From assembly GCA_002269645.1 (NCBI GenBank), contig NIVC01000553.1, forward strand, positions 404,554 through 468,553: a stretch of DNA of 64,000 nt. The letters are read 5' to 3'. Below the pieces are notes generated by a model. That model made no database searches. It was not told the origin of the DNA and saw nothing but the letters and a program-made list of their open reading frames with translations. Shown here piece by piece: positions 1 through 12,300 of this stretch. Numbering within the stretch: the stretch's first letter is position 1; the number at the start of each line of letters is the position of its first letter. The DNA comes from Macrostomum lignano (taxonomy: Eukaryota). A program made the position numbers and the translations under genes.

Positions 1-995
1 AAGGGGAATTGCTCAGACAGCCATAGACTCAAAGGGGAATTGCTCAGACAGCCATAGACTCAAAGGGAAATTTCTCAGACAGCCATAGACTCAATGGGTA
101 ATTGCTCAGATAGCCATAGACTCAAAGGGGAATTGCTCAGACAGCCATAGACTCAAAGGGGAATTGCTCAGATAGCCATAGACTCAAAGGGTAATTGCTC
201 AGATAGCCATAGACTCAAAGGGGAATTGCTCAGATGGCCATAGACTCAAAGGGTAATTGCTCAGATAGCCATAGACTCAAAGGGGAATTGCTCAGATGGC
301 CATAGACTCAAAGGGGAATTGCTCAGATAGCCATAGACTCAAAGGGGAATTGCTCAGATGGCCATAGACTCAAAGGGGAATTGCTCAGATGGCCATAGAC
401 TCAAAGGGTAATTGCTCAGATAGCCATAGACTCAAAGGGGAATTGCTCAGATGGCCATAGACTCAAAGGGGAATTGCTCAGATAGCCATAGACTCAAAGG
501 GGAATTGCTCAGATGGCCATAGACTCAAAGGGGAATTGCTCAGATAGCCATAGACTCAAAGGGGAATTGCTCAGATAGCCATAGACTCAAAGGGGAATTG
601 CTCAGATGGCCATAGACTCAAAGGGGAATTGCTCAGACAGCCATAGACTCAAAGGGGAATTGCTCAGATAGCCATAGACTCAAAGGGGAATTGCTCAGAT
701 AGCCATAGACTCAAAGGGTAATTGCTCAGATAGCCATAGACTCAAAGGGGAATTGCTCAGATGGCCATAGACTCAAAGGGTAATTGCTCAGATGGCCATA
801 GACTCAAAGGGGAATTGCTCAGACAGCCATAGACTCAATGGGTAATTGCTCAGATAGCCATAGACTCAAAGGGGAATTGCTCAGACAGCCATAGACTCAA
901 AGGGGAATTGCTCAGATGGCCATAGACTCAAAGGGGAATTGCTCAGACAGCCATAGACTCAAAGGGGAATTGCTCAGATGGCCATAGACTCAAAG
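1..995. repeat. 31-bp minisatellite (AAAGGGGAATTGCTCAGAYRGCCATAGACTC), about 32 copies, truncated by the window start
   Basis: Direct reading. Confidence 0.97.
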
Positions 996-1039
996 GAAGA
1001 AAAATTAAAAAGGAAAAGGTTTGCAATCCTTAAATTTAC

Positions 1040-1077
1040 CGTCAGTTGCAAGATTCGCTGGTCAAAGCGGCTCCAAT
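1040..1077 (-). other. Candidate 38-nt exon of a gene extending left out of the window
   Basis: Flanked by ATGATTCAG| and |GTAAAT on the minus strand; open frame xWSRFDQRILQLT; followed by a minisatellite as in the other introns. No partner exon identified. Confidence 0.25.
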
Positions 1078-1564
1078 CTGAATCATTATTAAATGATCTG
1101 AATCAATATAACTTGAAAAAGCATGTGAAATTGGTTGACAAAAATTCAAAATAACTTAACATTCGACTCAAATAGCCGCTAGTTTTGAGAGCAACAACTG
1201 TTCGAATTAAGAGAAGGCACTGTGGGTGGGTGGTTTGTCGAACGTGCAACACCCGCGACTCCGAGATAGGCGAGGGGGGGGCGGAGGAGGGGTCAGTGGG
1301 GCCGAGAAACGCTGGTACAGACAGGTAAAAAAAAGTTACGTAGGCGGTAGCCAATTAAAATTGTGCCTACGCTAACTCTAGTGTATTATAGGCTACTATG
1401 TGGCTTAAGAGTATTTTACGTTGTAAACCTGCAACTCCCCAGTTTTGCCCCCAGCTATTCTGAAATGTTACGCCTTCTGTATAGTTTTGGATATTGTTTG
1501 TTGGCCCTGCTCTGCCATCTGTCATCTTCTCTCTCTCCTTCTCGGCCCCACTCTCACCCTCTCT

Positions 1565-2100
1565 CCTTTAGCTACTCTAACTTTACTACTTTACCTTAGC
1601 TACTCTACTTAAGCGAATTTACCTTATCTATCCTAACTTAGCTACTCTACTTTAGCTACCCTACTTTAGCTACTCTATTTTAGCTACTCTCCTTTAGCTA
1701 CTCTATTTTAGCTACCCTACTTTAGCAACACTATTTTTGCTACCCTACTTTAGCTACTCTACTTTAGCTACCCTACTTTAGCTACCCTACTTTAGCTATC
1801 CTACATTAGCTACTCTACTTTAGCTACCCTACTTTAGCTACCCTACTTTAGCTACCCTACTTTAGCTACCCGACTTTAGCTACCCGACTTTAGCTACCCT
1901 ACTTTAGCTACTCTATTTCAGCTACCCTACTTTAGCTACCCTACTTTAGCTACTCTAATTTAGCTACTCTTTTTTAGCTACCCTACTTTGGGTACACTTT
2001 TTTTGCTACCCTACTTTAGCTACTCTAATTTAGCTACTCTTTTTTAGCTACCTTACTTTAGCTACCCTACTTTAGCTACCCTACTTTAGCTACTCTACTA
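1565..2100. repeat. 14-bp minisatellite (TTTAGCTACYCTAC)
   Basis: Direct reading; reverse complement of the array at 2875-3945. Confidence 0.92.
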
Positions 2101-2874
2101 GCCGTGAAATTCTTGCTCCAGTGGCAACCAGACAGTCAACAAACAGTCATTCAGCGTGCACCCCGCACGGAATGACATTTCATTTCATTTCTCGCCTTTA
2201 AGCGGGTCCCAGTCTCATGAAAACCGCACAAACTAACTAGTCCAGCAATTATAGTATTAACAAATATAGAGAAGGTAGCGAGTAATTAAATGCTGTAAAA
2301 CGACAACCACCCCCTTTTTTGTAGCAGATTCGCTACACCCTACTCGAATATTGTGCGCTTGTGCTTACGTTCAAATTAGCCGTGTAGTTAATGAGTCGCT
2401 CCGCGCGCAGAAGCTATTTACGACAGTTTTTATAACGTAGCTTTCAGCTATTGCACGGCAGGGCTGTATAACAAACAGGTCTTTATATAAATTCACAGAA
2501 ACAACGCCTACGCAACTACGAGCGTAGATATTGTGCGCGAGAGACACTGGAGAAGAATGAGTAAGGAAGAGACAATGTTGAGTAGATTCCTGATAACAAA
2601 CTCGAAAGTTGAATAGCGCTCCCTGATATAAGAAAATATTTAGTGGAATGAAACCATAAAACAGCAAAAAGGCGAAGATGTGCGACACTTGCCGATGTGA
2701 ATGGAGAGATTAGAGTTTGGGATGAAGCTAGAGAGGGATAGATGTTGCGCAGAAATAGAGGAAAAGAGTATTCAATGGGAGACGATGGGTAGAGTAGGGG
2801 AGGGAGTATAGTAGCTAACAGTAGTCAAGAGTACCAAATTAGATGATGTTAGTTAAGGCAAAGTAAGTAGAAAG

Positions 2875-3945
2875 ACAAGGTAGAGTATCTAAGGTAGAGT
2901 AGCTAAGGTAGGGCAGCTAAGGTAGAATAGCTAAGATAGAGTAGCTAAGTTAGGGTAGCTAAGGTAGAGTAGCAAAGTTAGGGTAGATAAGGTAGAGTAG
3001 CTAAGGTAGTGTAGCTAAGGTAGAGTAGCTAAGGTAGTGTAGCTAATGTAGAGTAGCTAAGGTAGTGTAGCTAATGTAGAGTAGCTAAGGTAGTGTAGCT
3101 AAGGTAGTGTAGCTAAGGTAGAGTAGCTAAGGTAGTGTAGCTAATGTAGAGTAGCTAAAGTAGGATAGCTAATGTAGAGTAGCTAAGGTAGTGTAGCTAA
3201 TGTAGAGTAGCTAAGGTAGTGTAGCTAAGGTAGAGTAGCTAAGGTAGTGCAGCTAATGTAGAGTAGCTAAGGTAGGATAGCTAAGGTAGAGTAGCTAAGG
3301 TAGGATAGCTAAGGTAGGATAGCTAAGGTAGGATAGCTAAGGTAGGATAGCTAAGATATAGTAGCTAAGAGTAGAGTAGCTAAGGTAGAGTAGCTAAGAG
3401 TAGAGTAGCTAAGGTAGAGTAGCTAAGAGTAGAGTAGCTAAGGTAGAGTAGCTAAGAGTAGAGTAGCTAAGGTAGAGTAGCTAAGGTAGAGTAGCTAAGG
3501 TAGAGTAGCTAAAGTAGAGTAGCTAAGGTAGAGTAGCTAAGGTAGAGTAGCTAAGGTAGAGTAGCTAAGGTAGAGTAGCTAAGGTAGAGTAGCTAAGGTA
3601 GAGTAGCTAAGGTAGAGTAGCCAAGAGTAGAGTAGCTAAGGTAGAGTAGCCAAGAGTAGAGTAGCTAAGGTAGAGTAGCCAAGAGTAGAGTAGCTAAGAG
3701 TAGAGTAGCTAAGGTAGAGTAGCCAAGAGTAGAGTAGCTAAGGTAGAGTAGCCAAGAGTAGAGTAGCTAAGGTAGAGTAGCCAAGAGTAGAGTAGCTAAG
3801 GTAGAGTAGCCAAGAGTAGAGTAGCTAAGGTAGAGTAGCCAAGAGTAGAGTAGCTAAGGTAGAGTAGCCAAGAGTAGAGTAGCTAAGGTAGAGTAGCCAA
3901 GAGTAGAGTAGCTAAGGTAGAGTAGCCAAGAGTAGAGTAGCTAAA
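2875..3945. repeat. 14/15-bp minisatellite (GTAGAGTAGCTAAG)
   Basis: Direct reading. Confidence 0.95.
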
Positions 3946-4151
3946 GAAGAGTGAGGCTAAAAAATAGAAAGCTAAGCTGATCGAAAATTTAGCGAGCAGA
4001 AGTCCACATTCCAGGTTAAACTGACAATCTATGGTACAAGCAGATTGAATGCAATTGCTGGCAAAAGACACCAGCTAAAAGCATCACTTAGTAAATTACT
4101 ATGAGCTACATAAAATCGCATCATTAGGATATTATTAACAACCCTGAGGCC

Positions 4152-7131
4152 ATGCACAGCAGCAAGTTCGCCATCCTGCTCTGGGCAGTAGTACACTGGC
4201 AGGCAGTCATCGCAGCTCACCGGCTTGGCAACACCACTGACGCTCCGAGCAGCGGACATAACGCCACAGCCGAGCCGCTTCTCAAACGAGTGAGGCGCAA
4301 CAAATTCGTTAAAAAATTTCTAGAAAAATCCAAAGCCAGCCAGGACAAAGTTCGCGAACTCGAGCAGCAGTATAACAAGCGCACTTGGCCGGTGATTGCT
4401 TGGAAGACAAACTCGGATATTTTCAAAATCGGAGATGACGGGCAGATGGAGAGCAGCCCGTTTGAGGCGCTAAGCGAAGACGATGCCAAGATTGTCACCT
4501 ACGATCTGGACGACTTCAGGCTGAAGCCGGGATCCAACTACTATGTCCATCTGGACAAGGCGAGCGGGGGTGCTTTCTGGGGGCTTGGAGCTTTTTCTAA
4601 GTGAGACTTCAGGTGCCTTATTGATGCTTCAGGTGTGCCTTATTGATGCTTCAGGTGCCTTATTGATGCTTCAGGTGTGTCTTATTGATGCTTCAGGTGT
4701 GTCTTATTGATACTTCAGGTGTGTCTTATTGATACTTCAGGTGTGTCTTATTGATACTTCAGGTGTGTCTTATTGATACTTCAGGTGTGTCTTATTGATA
4801 CTTCAGGTGTGTCTTATTGATGCTTCAGGTGTGTCTTATTGATAGTTCAGGTGTGTCTTATTGATACTTCAGGTGTGTCATATTGATGCTTCAGGTGTGT
4901 CTTATTGATGCTTCAGGTGTGTCTTATTGATACTTCAGGTGTCTTATTGATACTTCAGGTGTGTCTTATTGATACTTCAGGTGTGTCTTATTGATGCTTC
5001 AGGTGTGTCTTATTGATACTTCAGGTGTCTTATTTATACTTCAGGTGTGTCTTATCGATGCTTCAGGTGCCTTATTGATGCTTCAGGTGTGTCTTATTGA
5101 TACTTCAGGTGTGTCTTATTGATACTTCAGGTGTGTCTTATTGATACTTCAGGTGTGTCTTATTGATACTTCAGGTGTGTCTTATTGATGCTTCAGGTGT
5201 GTCTTATTGATAGTTCAGGTGTGTCTTATTGATACTTCAGGTGTGTCTTATTGATACTTCAGGTGTGTCTTATTGATACTTCAGGTGTGTCTTATTGATA
5301 CTTCAGGTGTGTCTTATTGATACTTCAGGTGTGTCTTATTGATACTTCAGGTGTGTCTTATTGATACTTCAGGTGTGTCTTATTGATGCTTCAGGTATGT
5401 CTTATTGATACTTCAGGTGTGTCTTATTGATACTTCAGGTGTGTCTTATTGATACTTTAGGTGTGTCTTATTGATACTTTAGGTGTGTCTTATTGATACT
5501 TCAGGTGTGTCTTATTGATACTTCAGGTGTGTCTTATTGATACTTCAGGTGTGTCTTATTGATACTTCAGGTGTGTCTTATTGATACTTCAGGTGTGTCT
5601 TATTGATACTTCAGGTGTGTCTTATTAATTCTTCAGGTAATGCAAGCTCCCCGTTAAAACTTCTCATCCAGGTGACGGATCGCATTGCTCTGTACAATCG
5701 CGCATTCGTGTTCGGCTGCTTCCTGTTGTTCAGCTCGAATTTCCTGCTAATCTTTGTCCGGTACTGGATCATCGGCCTGTCCCGTCTGGTGCTGCGGTCC
5801 GGCCTGAAAATTGAATTTCAAACAACCCGAGGACCGAAGCGGCAGGAGTTCATCTACGCCATGGCCTTCGTGATCCAGGAAGATCTGTTGGAGAATCCGG
5901 CCAACCGGTCTGAGCACGGATTCGCTGCCTGCATCAATGATGCCGTTGTAGCGGTTGAGAGCTACACTAAGACCAAGGTTTGAGCAGGCCTGAACTCTTG
6001 GGATGGGGGATTTGTGGCTTTGGAATCCCTGGAATTAAAGGACAGCTACTTGGGATTTTGACAACTAGGATTTTTGGTTCCGACATTCTGAGATTTCGGG
6101 AAGGAATTTGAGACCTTAAATTTGGGATTTGAGATTTAGGGATTTGAGAGTCCGGGATCCTGTGGATTTTGGATCCTGGGATTTGGGATCCTGGGATTTA
6201 AGATACTGGGATTTGGGATCCTGGGATTTAAGATACTGGGATTTGGGATCGTGGGATTTAAGATACTGGGATTTAGATACTGGGATTTAAGATACTGGGA
6301 TTTGGGATACTGGGATTTGGGATACTGGGATTTGGGATACTGGGATTTGGGATACTGGGATTTAAGATACTGGGATTTGGGATACTGGGATTTGGGATAC
6401 TGGGATTCGGGATACTGGGATTTGGGATACTGGGATTTGGGATACTGGGATTTTGGATACTGGGATTTAAGACACTGGGATTTGGGATACTGGGATTTGG
6501 GATACTGGGATTCGGGATACTGGGATTTAAGATACTGGGATTCGGGATACTGGGATTTGGGATACTGGGATTTGGGATACTGGGATTTGGGATACTGGGA
6601 TTTAGATACTGGGATTTAAGATACTGGGATTCGGGATACTGGGACTTAAGATACTGGGATTTGGGATACTGGGATTTGGGATACTGGGATTCGGGATACT
6701 GGGATTTGGGATACTGGGATTTGGGATACTGGGATTCGGGATACTGGGATTTACGATACTGGGATTTGGGATACTGGGATTTGGGATACTGGGATTTGGG
6801 ATACTGGGATTTGGGATACTGGGATTCGGGATACTGGGATTTAAGATACTGGGATTCGGGATACTGGGATTTAAGATACTGGGATTTGGGATACTGGGAT
6901 TTAAGATACTGGGATTTAAGATACTGGGATTCGGGATACTGGGATTTGGGATACTGGGATTCGGGATACTGGGATTTAAGATACTGGGATTCGGGATACT
7001 GGGATTTGGGATACTGGGATTCGGGATACTGGGATTCACGGCCGCCCATGGCATTTGCGACTTGCGGTTTCGGGATTTTTGGGAGTTTGGGATTTTGCTC
7101 ATGCTACAAGGTTCCGCATCAATTTTACTGA
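4152..7131 (+). CDS. Orphan single-pass membrane protein, about 244 aa. Predicted exons 4152-4559, 5672-5977, 7111-7131.
   Basis: N-terminal hydrophobic signal ([22 protein letters not shown]), N-glycosylation sequons NTT/NAT, furin-type KRVRR site, and a hydrophobic segment in exon 2 ([26 protein letters not shown]). Exons join in phase 0 only if intron 1 uses the GC donor AAG|GCGAGC at 4560. Acceptors are CATCCAG|5672 and CTACAAG|7111. Exon 3 is the least certain; the alternative is a stop at 5981-5983. No family recognised. Confidence 0.55.
4606..5637. repeat. 22-bp intronic minisatellite (CTTATTGATACTTCAGGTGTGT)
   Basis: Direct reading. Confidence 0.97.
6165..7036. repeat. 15-bp G-rich minisatellite (GGGATACTGGGATTT)
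   Basis: Direct reading; source of the YWDLG, SQYP and NPSIP pseudo-ORFs. Confidence 0.97.
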
Positions 7132-7271
7132 CCATGCAAAAGACTTATATTATACCACCTGTGAAATATAGTTTTGGCTACTGTAATGGTGAATTAAAGA
7201 AGTGCAATTGGTGACAAATAATTTACAGTACAAACTGACTTTAAATTATAAAATAAAATTGAATAAAAAGT

Positions 7272-7285
7272 GTTACCATAGCAAC
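7272..7285. promoter_or_regulatory. RFX X-box motif GTTACCATAGCAAC
   Basis: Exact fit to GTHNYY-AT-RRNAAC. Lies between two convergent 3' ends; function untested. Confidence 0.35.
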
Positions 7286-7651
7286 TATATATATATATGT
7301 GTGTAATAGCTGTGGTGTTACTGTTATGAGGAATGAGCTAATATTACGTATAGCTAGCTGTAGAACGGCAGTGCAGTCAGTCACCAATTTCTGAACTAAA
7401 TTCAACTACATTCACTGAGGACGGCAGTTATAAACAATGTTACTTTATAATCAAAGCTTGGTTGTTGTCAACAATCAATTTGACAAACAAGAAGCTATTT
7501 TTTACAAGCCCAATAAAAACAGCAGAAAAATATTGTGTTTTGAAAAATAAATGTTCTACATTTACTACTTAGTTTATCAATAATCTTAGTAGTATGAAAA
7601 TGAAAAGGTGCTTTCTAGCATGAGGAATCAGTCAGTTTCTAGGAATACAGT

Positions 7652-9348
7652 TCAGTGCGCGGTGGATGCCGCTTGGGTGTCGGAAAGGGTGCTCAGGTAC
7701 TTGTGAACGAGCTGGTCCGCATAGCGACGGGCACTGGGAGACAGATTGTCCTGCTGTTGCTGCTGCTGCGACTGCTGCTTCTGTGGTTGTTGGCTGAAAT
7801 TGAAGACAAAATGCTTCGTAACTTTTTTGTTTGTTTGAAATTTAAGATTATTTCAAATTATAAATCTAAGTGTATCATGCCTTGCATTCGAAGTTAAATT
7901 ATCTTGGTGAAACTATAACAAAAAGGTTTGAATTAAATATAAATAATTTAATTAATTTTAATAATTTTTAAAAATAATTTTTATATATTTATTAGTTTTT
8001 TTCTTTTTTTCTTTTAAATATTTTTCATTTATTATTATTATTATATATATATATTTAAAATATATTTTAATAATTTTTAATAAAATTTAATCTATAAATT
8101 TAATATAAATTTTAAATAAATTTAATTAACAATAAAATAAAGTTTTTTATTTACTAAATATATATTAAGTAGAATTCAAATAAATGAAAAAACAAAAGTT
8201 CAACTACTGGTTATAACAAAAAATTGAAATATTTCGTTATTTACATTTTAAATCAAGCAATCCAATTGCCATTAATATATTGAAGATAGAATTTAACTTT
8301 AATTGTAAAATTTTCCCTTGTTTACACAATGCCTCCTCAAATATAGTTTCTTTCAAGTTTAACTTCAACATTAACTAATGATTGTTTGAATTATCAGTAA
8401 TTTTATTTTCATTTTTATTGATTTTAAAAAAAAAACAGAATCAAATAAATTATCTATATATTTCTATTATCTTATTTCGTATATATTTTTAACTAAAGCT
8501 AGCATGTGATTGTATCCAAATATTTTTCAATAATATGACTAATTAATTATCAGTACAAACTTAATCTAAAAAATCAACATTAAATTGCAAATAAAGTTAA
8601 ATTTGCAATTCAGCTATTTGAACTTTCAATGCTCTCTGTCAATAAAGCCGTCAGCTCACCCGGTCACGAAGTCAAGATCGAGTGGCGGCACCGCCCGGCC
8701 CCCGGAGCCCGCAGAGCCGCCGCCGCCGCCGCCACCGTACAGCGCCTCGGCGGACGACTCGCGAAATCTCTGCCTCACCTGAGCCAAAGTTTCCGCCGGA
8801 GCGAAATCGGCTTCAATTTCTGCGGTGGAATCAGCTGTCGCAGTTGGCGATGCTGGCAGCTTCATCACCGCAGCTTCCTGCTGCAGCCTCATCGCAGCCT
8901 GAGCACGAAGACGCGCTAGGAGGCCTCCGCGACTTGACGAACTCTGCTGCTGCTGCTGCGATATCGGCCCATCAAAATCCTCGTAGCCCCCCTCTTCCTC
9001 AGTGTCGCAACCGGTGTCGAATTCCCCCTGGAAACTGACGCCTTGGCGCGTCTTCTCCGACGCAAACACCGGGCTCGACGCCGACTTCTCCACGCCGTCA
9101 GTATCGTCAAAAATGGGCCGCCCTCGCTGCTGCCGACCAGCGCCACTGGCCGGGTTGCTGAGCGCGGGCAGGCGGGCTAAGAAGTTTCGAACTCGCTCAG
9201 AGATCTCCCGGTCTTCCTGGCGCTGAGGCGGCGGCGGTGGCGGCGGAGTGGGCGGAGGCGGAGACGCCGCTGGCAGCTGCTCCTTCCTGGGCGACACGAC
9301 CAGCAGAAGTTCGTCTTGCTGTGGCTTCTGTTGCTGCCACCACTGCCG

Positions 9349-9391
<43 letters not shown>

Positions 9392-12300
9392 TGTTGCTGT
9401 TGCTGCGGCTGCCACCACTGCTGCTGACTTTTTGTCGACGTTTCGCCGACAATCGGTGAGCTGCTTGTAGACGACGGTGCGACTCGTTTGAACAGCAAAT
9501 TGCCGCGACTGTTTGGTGGCAGCCGCTCCTCCAGCACGTAGCCACCGGCGCTCAAGGTGCCGCTCGACTTCCAGACGTCGCCTCCGCCATCGAAGTCGTT
9601 GGCGGGATCGTCCAGAACGCGCGGCTCATCCAGTCGTTTTAAGGCGGCCTCGGCGGCGTCGATGACTGCCCGATGCTCGGCGTTCCTGGCCACCGAGCTG
9701 ACGGCAGCTGGCGCTGACGGTGGCGCCGCCACCGCCGGTGCGTTGGAGTTGCAGCGCTGGAGCCGCTGGACTTCGGCTTCCAGGCGGCGAAGCTGCTGTT
9801 TGAGAGCCTCTTGCTCCATGAGCTGGGCGCTGTCCTGCTGAGCTCTGCGATGCATGGGAATTGAAGGGAACGTTTTTTCGAGTCTAGAAATCCAATTTTG
9901 TTATTCTCGAAAGTCCATGAAATCCCACATCTCCTCATCTGAGATCCCATCTCACTCAACTGAGATCCCATCTCACCCAACTGAGATCCCATCTCACCCA
10001 ACTGAAATTCCATCTTACCCAACTGAAATCCCATCCCACCTAACTGAGATCCCATCTCACCCAACTGAGATCCCATCTCACCCAATTGAGATCCCATCTC
10101 AGCCAACTGAGATCCCATCTCACCCAATCGAGATCCCATCTTACCCAACTAAAATTCCATCGTACCTAACTGAAATCCCATCTTACCTAACTGAGATTCA
10201 TCTCTTCTGAATGAGATCCCATCTAACCTAACTGAGATCCCATCTCACACAACTGAGATCCCATCTCTCCCATAATGAGATTCATCTCTTCTGAATGAGA
10301 TCCCATCTAACCCAACTGAGATCCCATCTCACCCAACTGAGATCCCATCTAACCCAACTGAGATCCCATCTAACCCAACTGAGATCCCATCTAACCCAAC
10401 TGAGATCCCATCTAACCTAACTGAGATACCATTTCACCTAACTGAGATCCCATCTCTACCAACTGAGATCCCATCTCTCCTAACTGCGATCTCATCTCAC
10501 CCAACTGAGATCCCATCTCTCCTAACTGCGATCTCATCTCACCCAACTGAAATCCCACCTTACCCAACTGAAATCCCACCTTACCCAACTGAAATCCCAT
10601 CTCACCCAACTGAAATCCCATCTTACCCAACTGAAATCCGATCTCACCCAACTGAGATCCTATCAATTAAACAGCGGGCGGAATCCCCATCTCCCCATCT
10701 ACCAATCCCAAATCCCAAGCAAGCCACACACGCAGCTCCCCAGCATCCCGAACCTTCGGGCTCCATCCTCGGCGGCCGCACTGGCGCTGGCCAGCCGGGC
10801 TGCCAGATCCGCGTTCTCCTCCTGCATCCGCATCAGCTGCGTCTCCAGCCCGGCGATTCGACGTTCCAAGCCGCCCACGCTGGCCGGCCGCTGCCGACGC
10901 CAACTGTCGCCGTTCGTCATCATCGCCGAATCCTCGCCGTCGTCCCTGTTGAGTCCGGAATTCGGTTGCCTGGCCGCCAGCAGCTGAGCTCGCATCTGGA
11001 GATTCTGACGATGAAGCGGTTCCAGTTGGCTTGAGAGTCTGTCCAGTTCGAGCTGGCGAGAGCGGAGCTGGAAGGGTTTTTTGGAGTGCATGGGAGTAAG
11101 TGAGCAGAGTGAAAAGTGGGTAATTAAGGCTAGTGAATGCTTTCTGAGGTAGACTGAAAGAGGTGAGAGTTAGACGGAGTATAGTGAGAAGTAGATTGAG
11201 AGGTAGACAGAGTAGAGTGAGGTAGAACTGAGTAGAGTGAGAGAAAGACTGATTATAGTGAGAGAAAGACTGATTAGAGTGAGAGAAAGACTGATTAGAG
11301 TGAGAGGTAGACTGATTAGAGTGAGAGGTAGACTGATTAGAGTGAGAGAAAGACTGAGTAGAGTGAGAGGTAGACTGATTAGAATGAGAAGTAGACGGGG
11401 GAGAGTGAGAGGTAGAGTAAGCAGAGCGAGACGTAAGACAGAGTCGAATGATGGGTAGACGGAGTAGAAAGTATAGAGGGAGTACAGAGAGACTTAAAGA
11501 TGTCACAGCACAGAAGGGGAAAAGCGATACGCAAAAAATCATTACGCTCGTAACGCACGTTCTCAAACGATAGAACTCATCATTCATAACACGAAGGGCA
11601 GGTACCGAGCGTCAAGTCACATAAAGGCCCCAGCAATGCTAAATCAAGAAGATGCTTGAAGAAAAATTCCACAAGAACTGCACAGAGAGACAGCTCGGGG
11701 TTGCTCAGACGCGTGTTTGACCAGCAAACACAGGAAACGATGTCAGATTGCTTGGACGGTAGCCTAATTAGAGAGGATTGCTTCTAGAAGAGAATTCAAG
11801 CAAGCAAGAAGACGATTCGGTGGTGCTTTTTGTTTGCACAAAACTTACATCGCCAGAGGAACGACAGCCAGCGACCAGGACAAGACCCTGGTCTTGTGCT
11901 TGTACTTAAGCCCTCACCGGCACCCAGAAGAGATTTGTGTCTTGCGTTTCCTAAAGATGGCTTAAGTAATACTGAATTTCTATTGAAGCGTTCCAAAATA
12001 CCTGGCCCAGAAAATTCTGTTAAGCAAAAAAAGACTGTACAGTGCAATCTGCTGGTCTCTAAGGGCGTTGTTTGCTACCCATGTGCATTGGTAGACAAAT
12101 GTACGCTATAGTTCTAGCTGTGTTTACCTCAGACCTGAGACGACAGCGTTCACCCTGAGGCAAACATTCTTAAGCGTTTTGATACCGCGACAGTGTAAGT
12201 AAGACTTAACCACCTACCTAACTCACTTCTCTCTCCTCTCCTCTCTTCCTTTTTTATTTTCTTGCGCGTCTTTTTCTTGCATGGCTCTTTCTTTGCTGGG

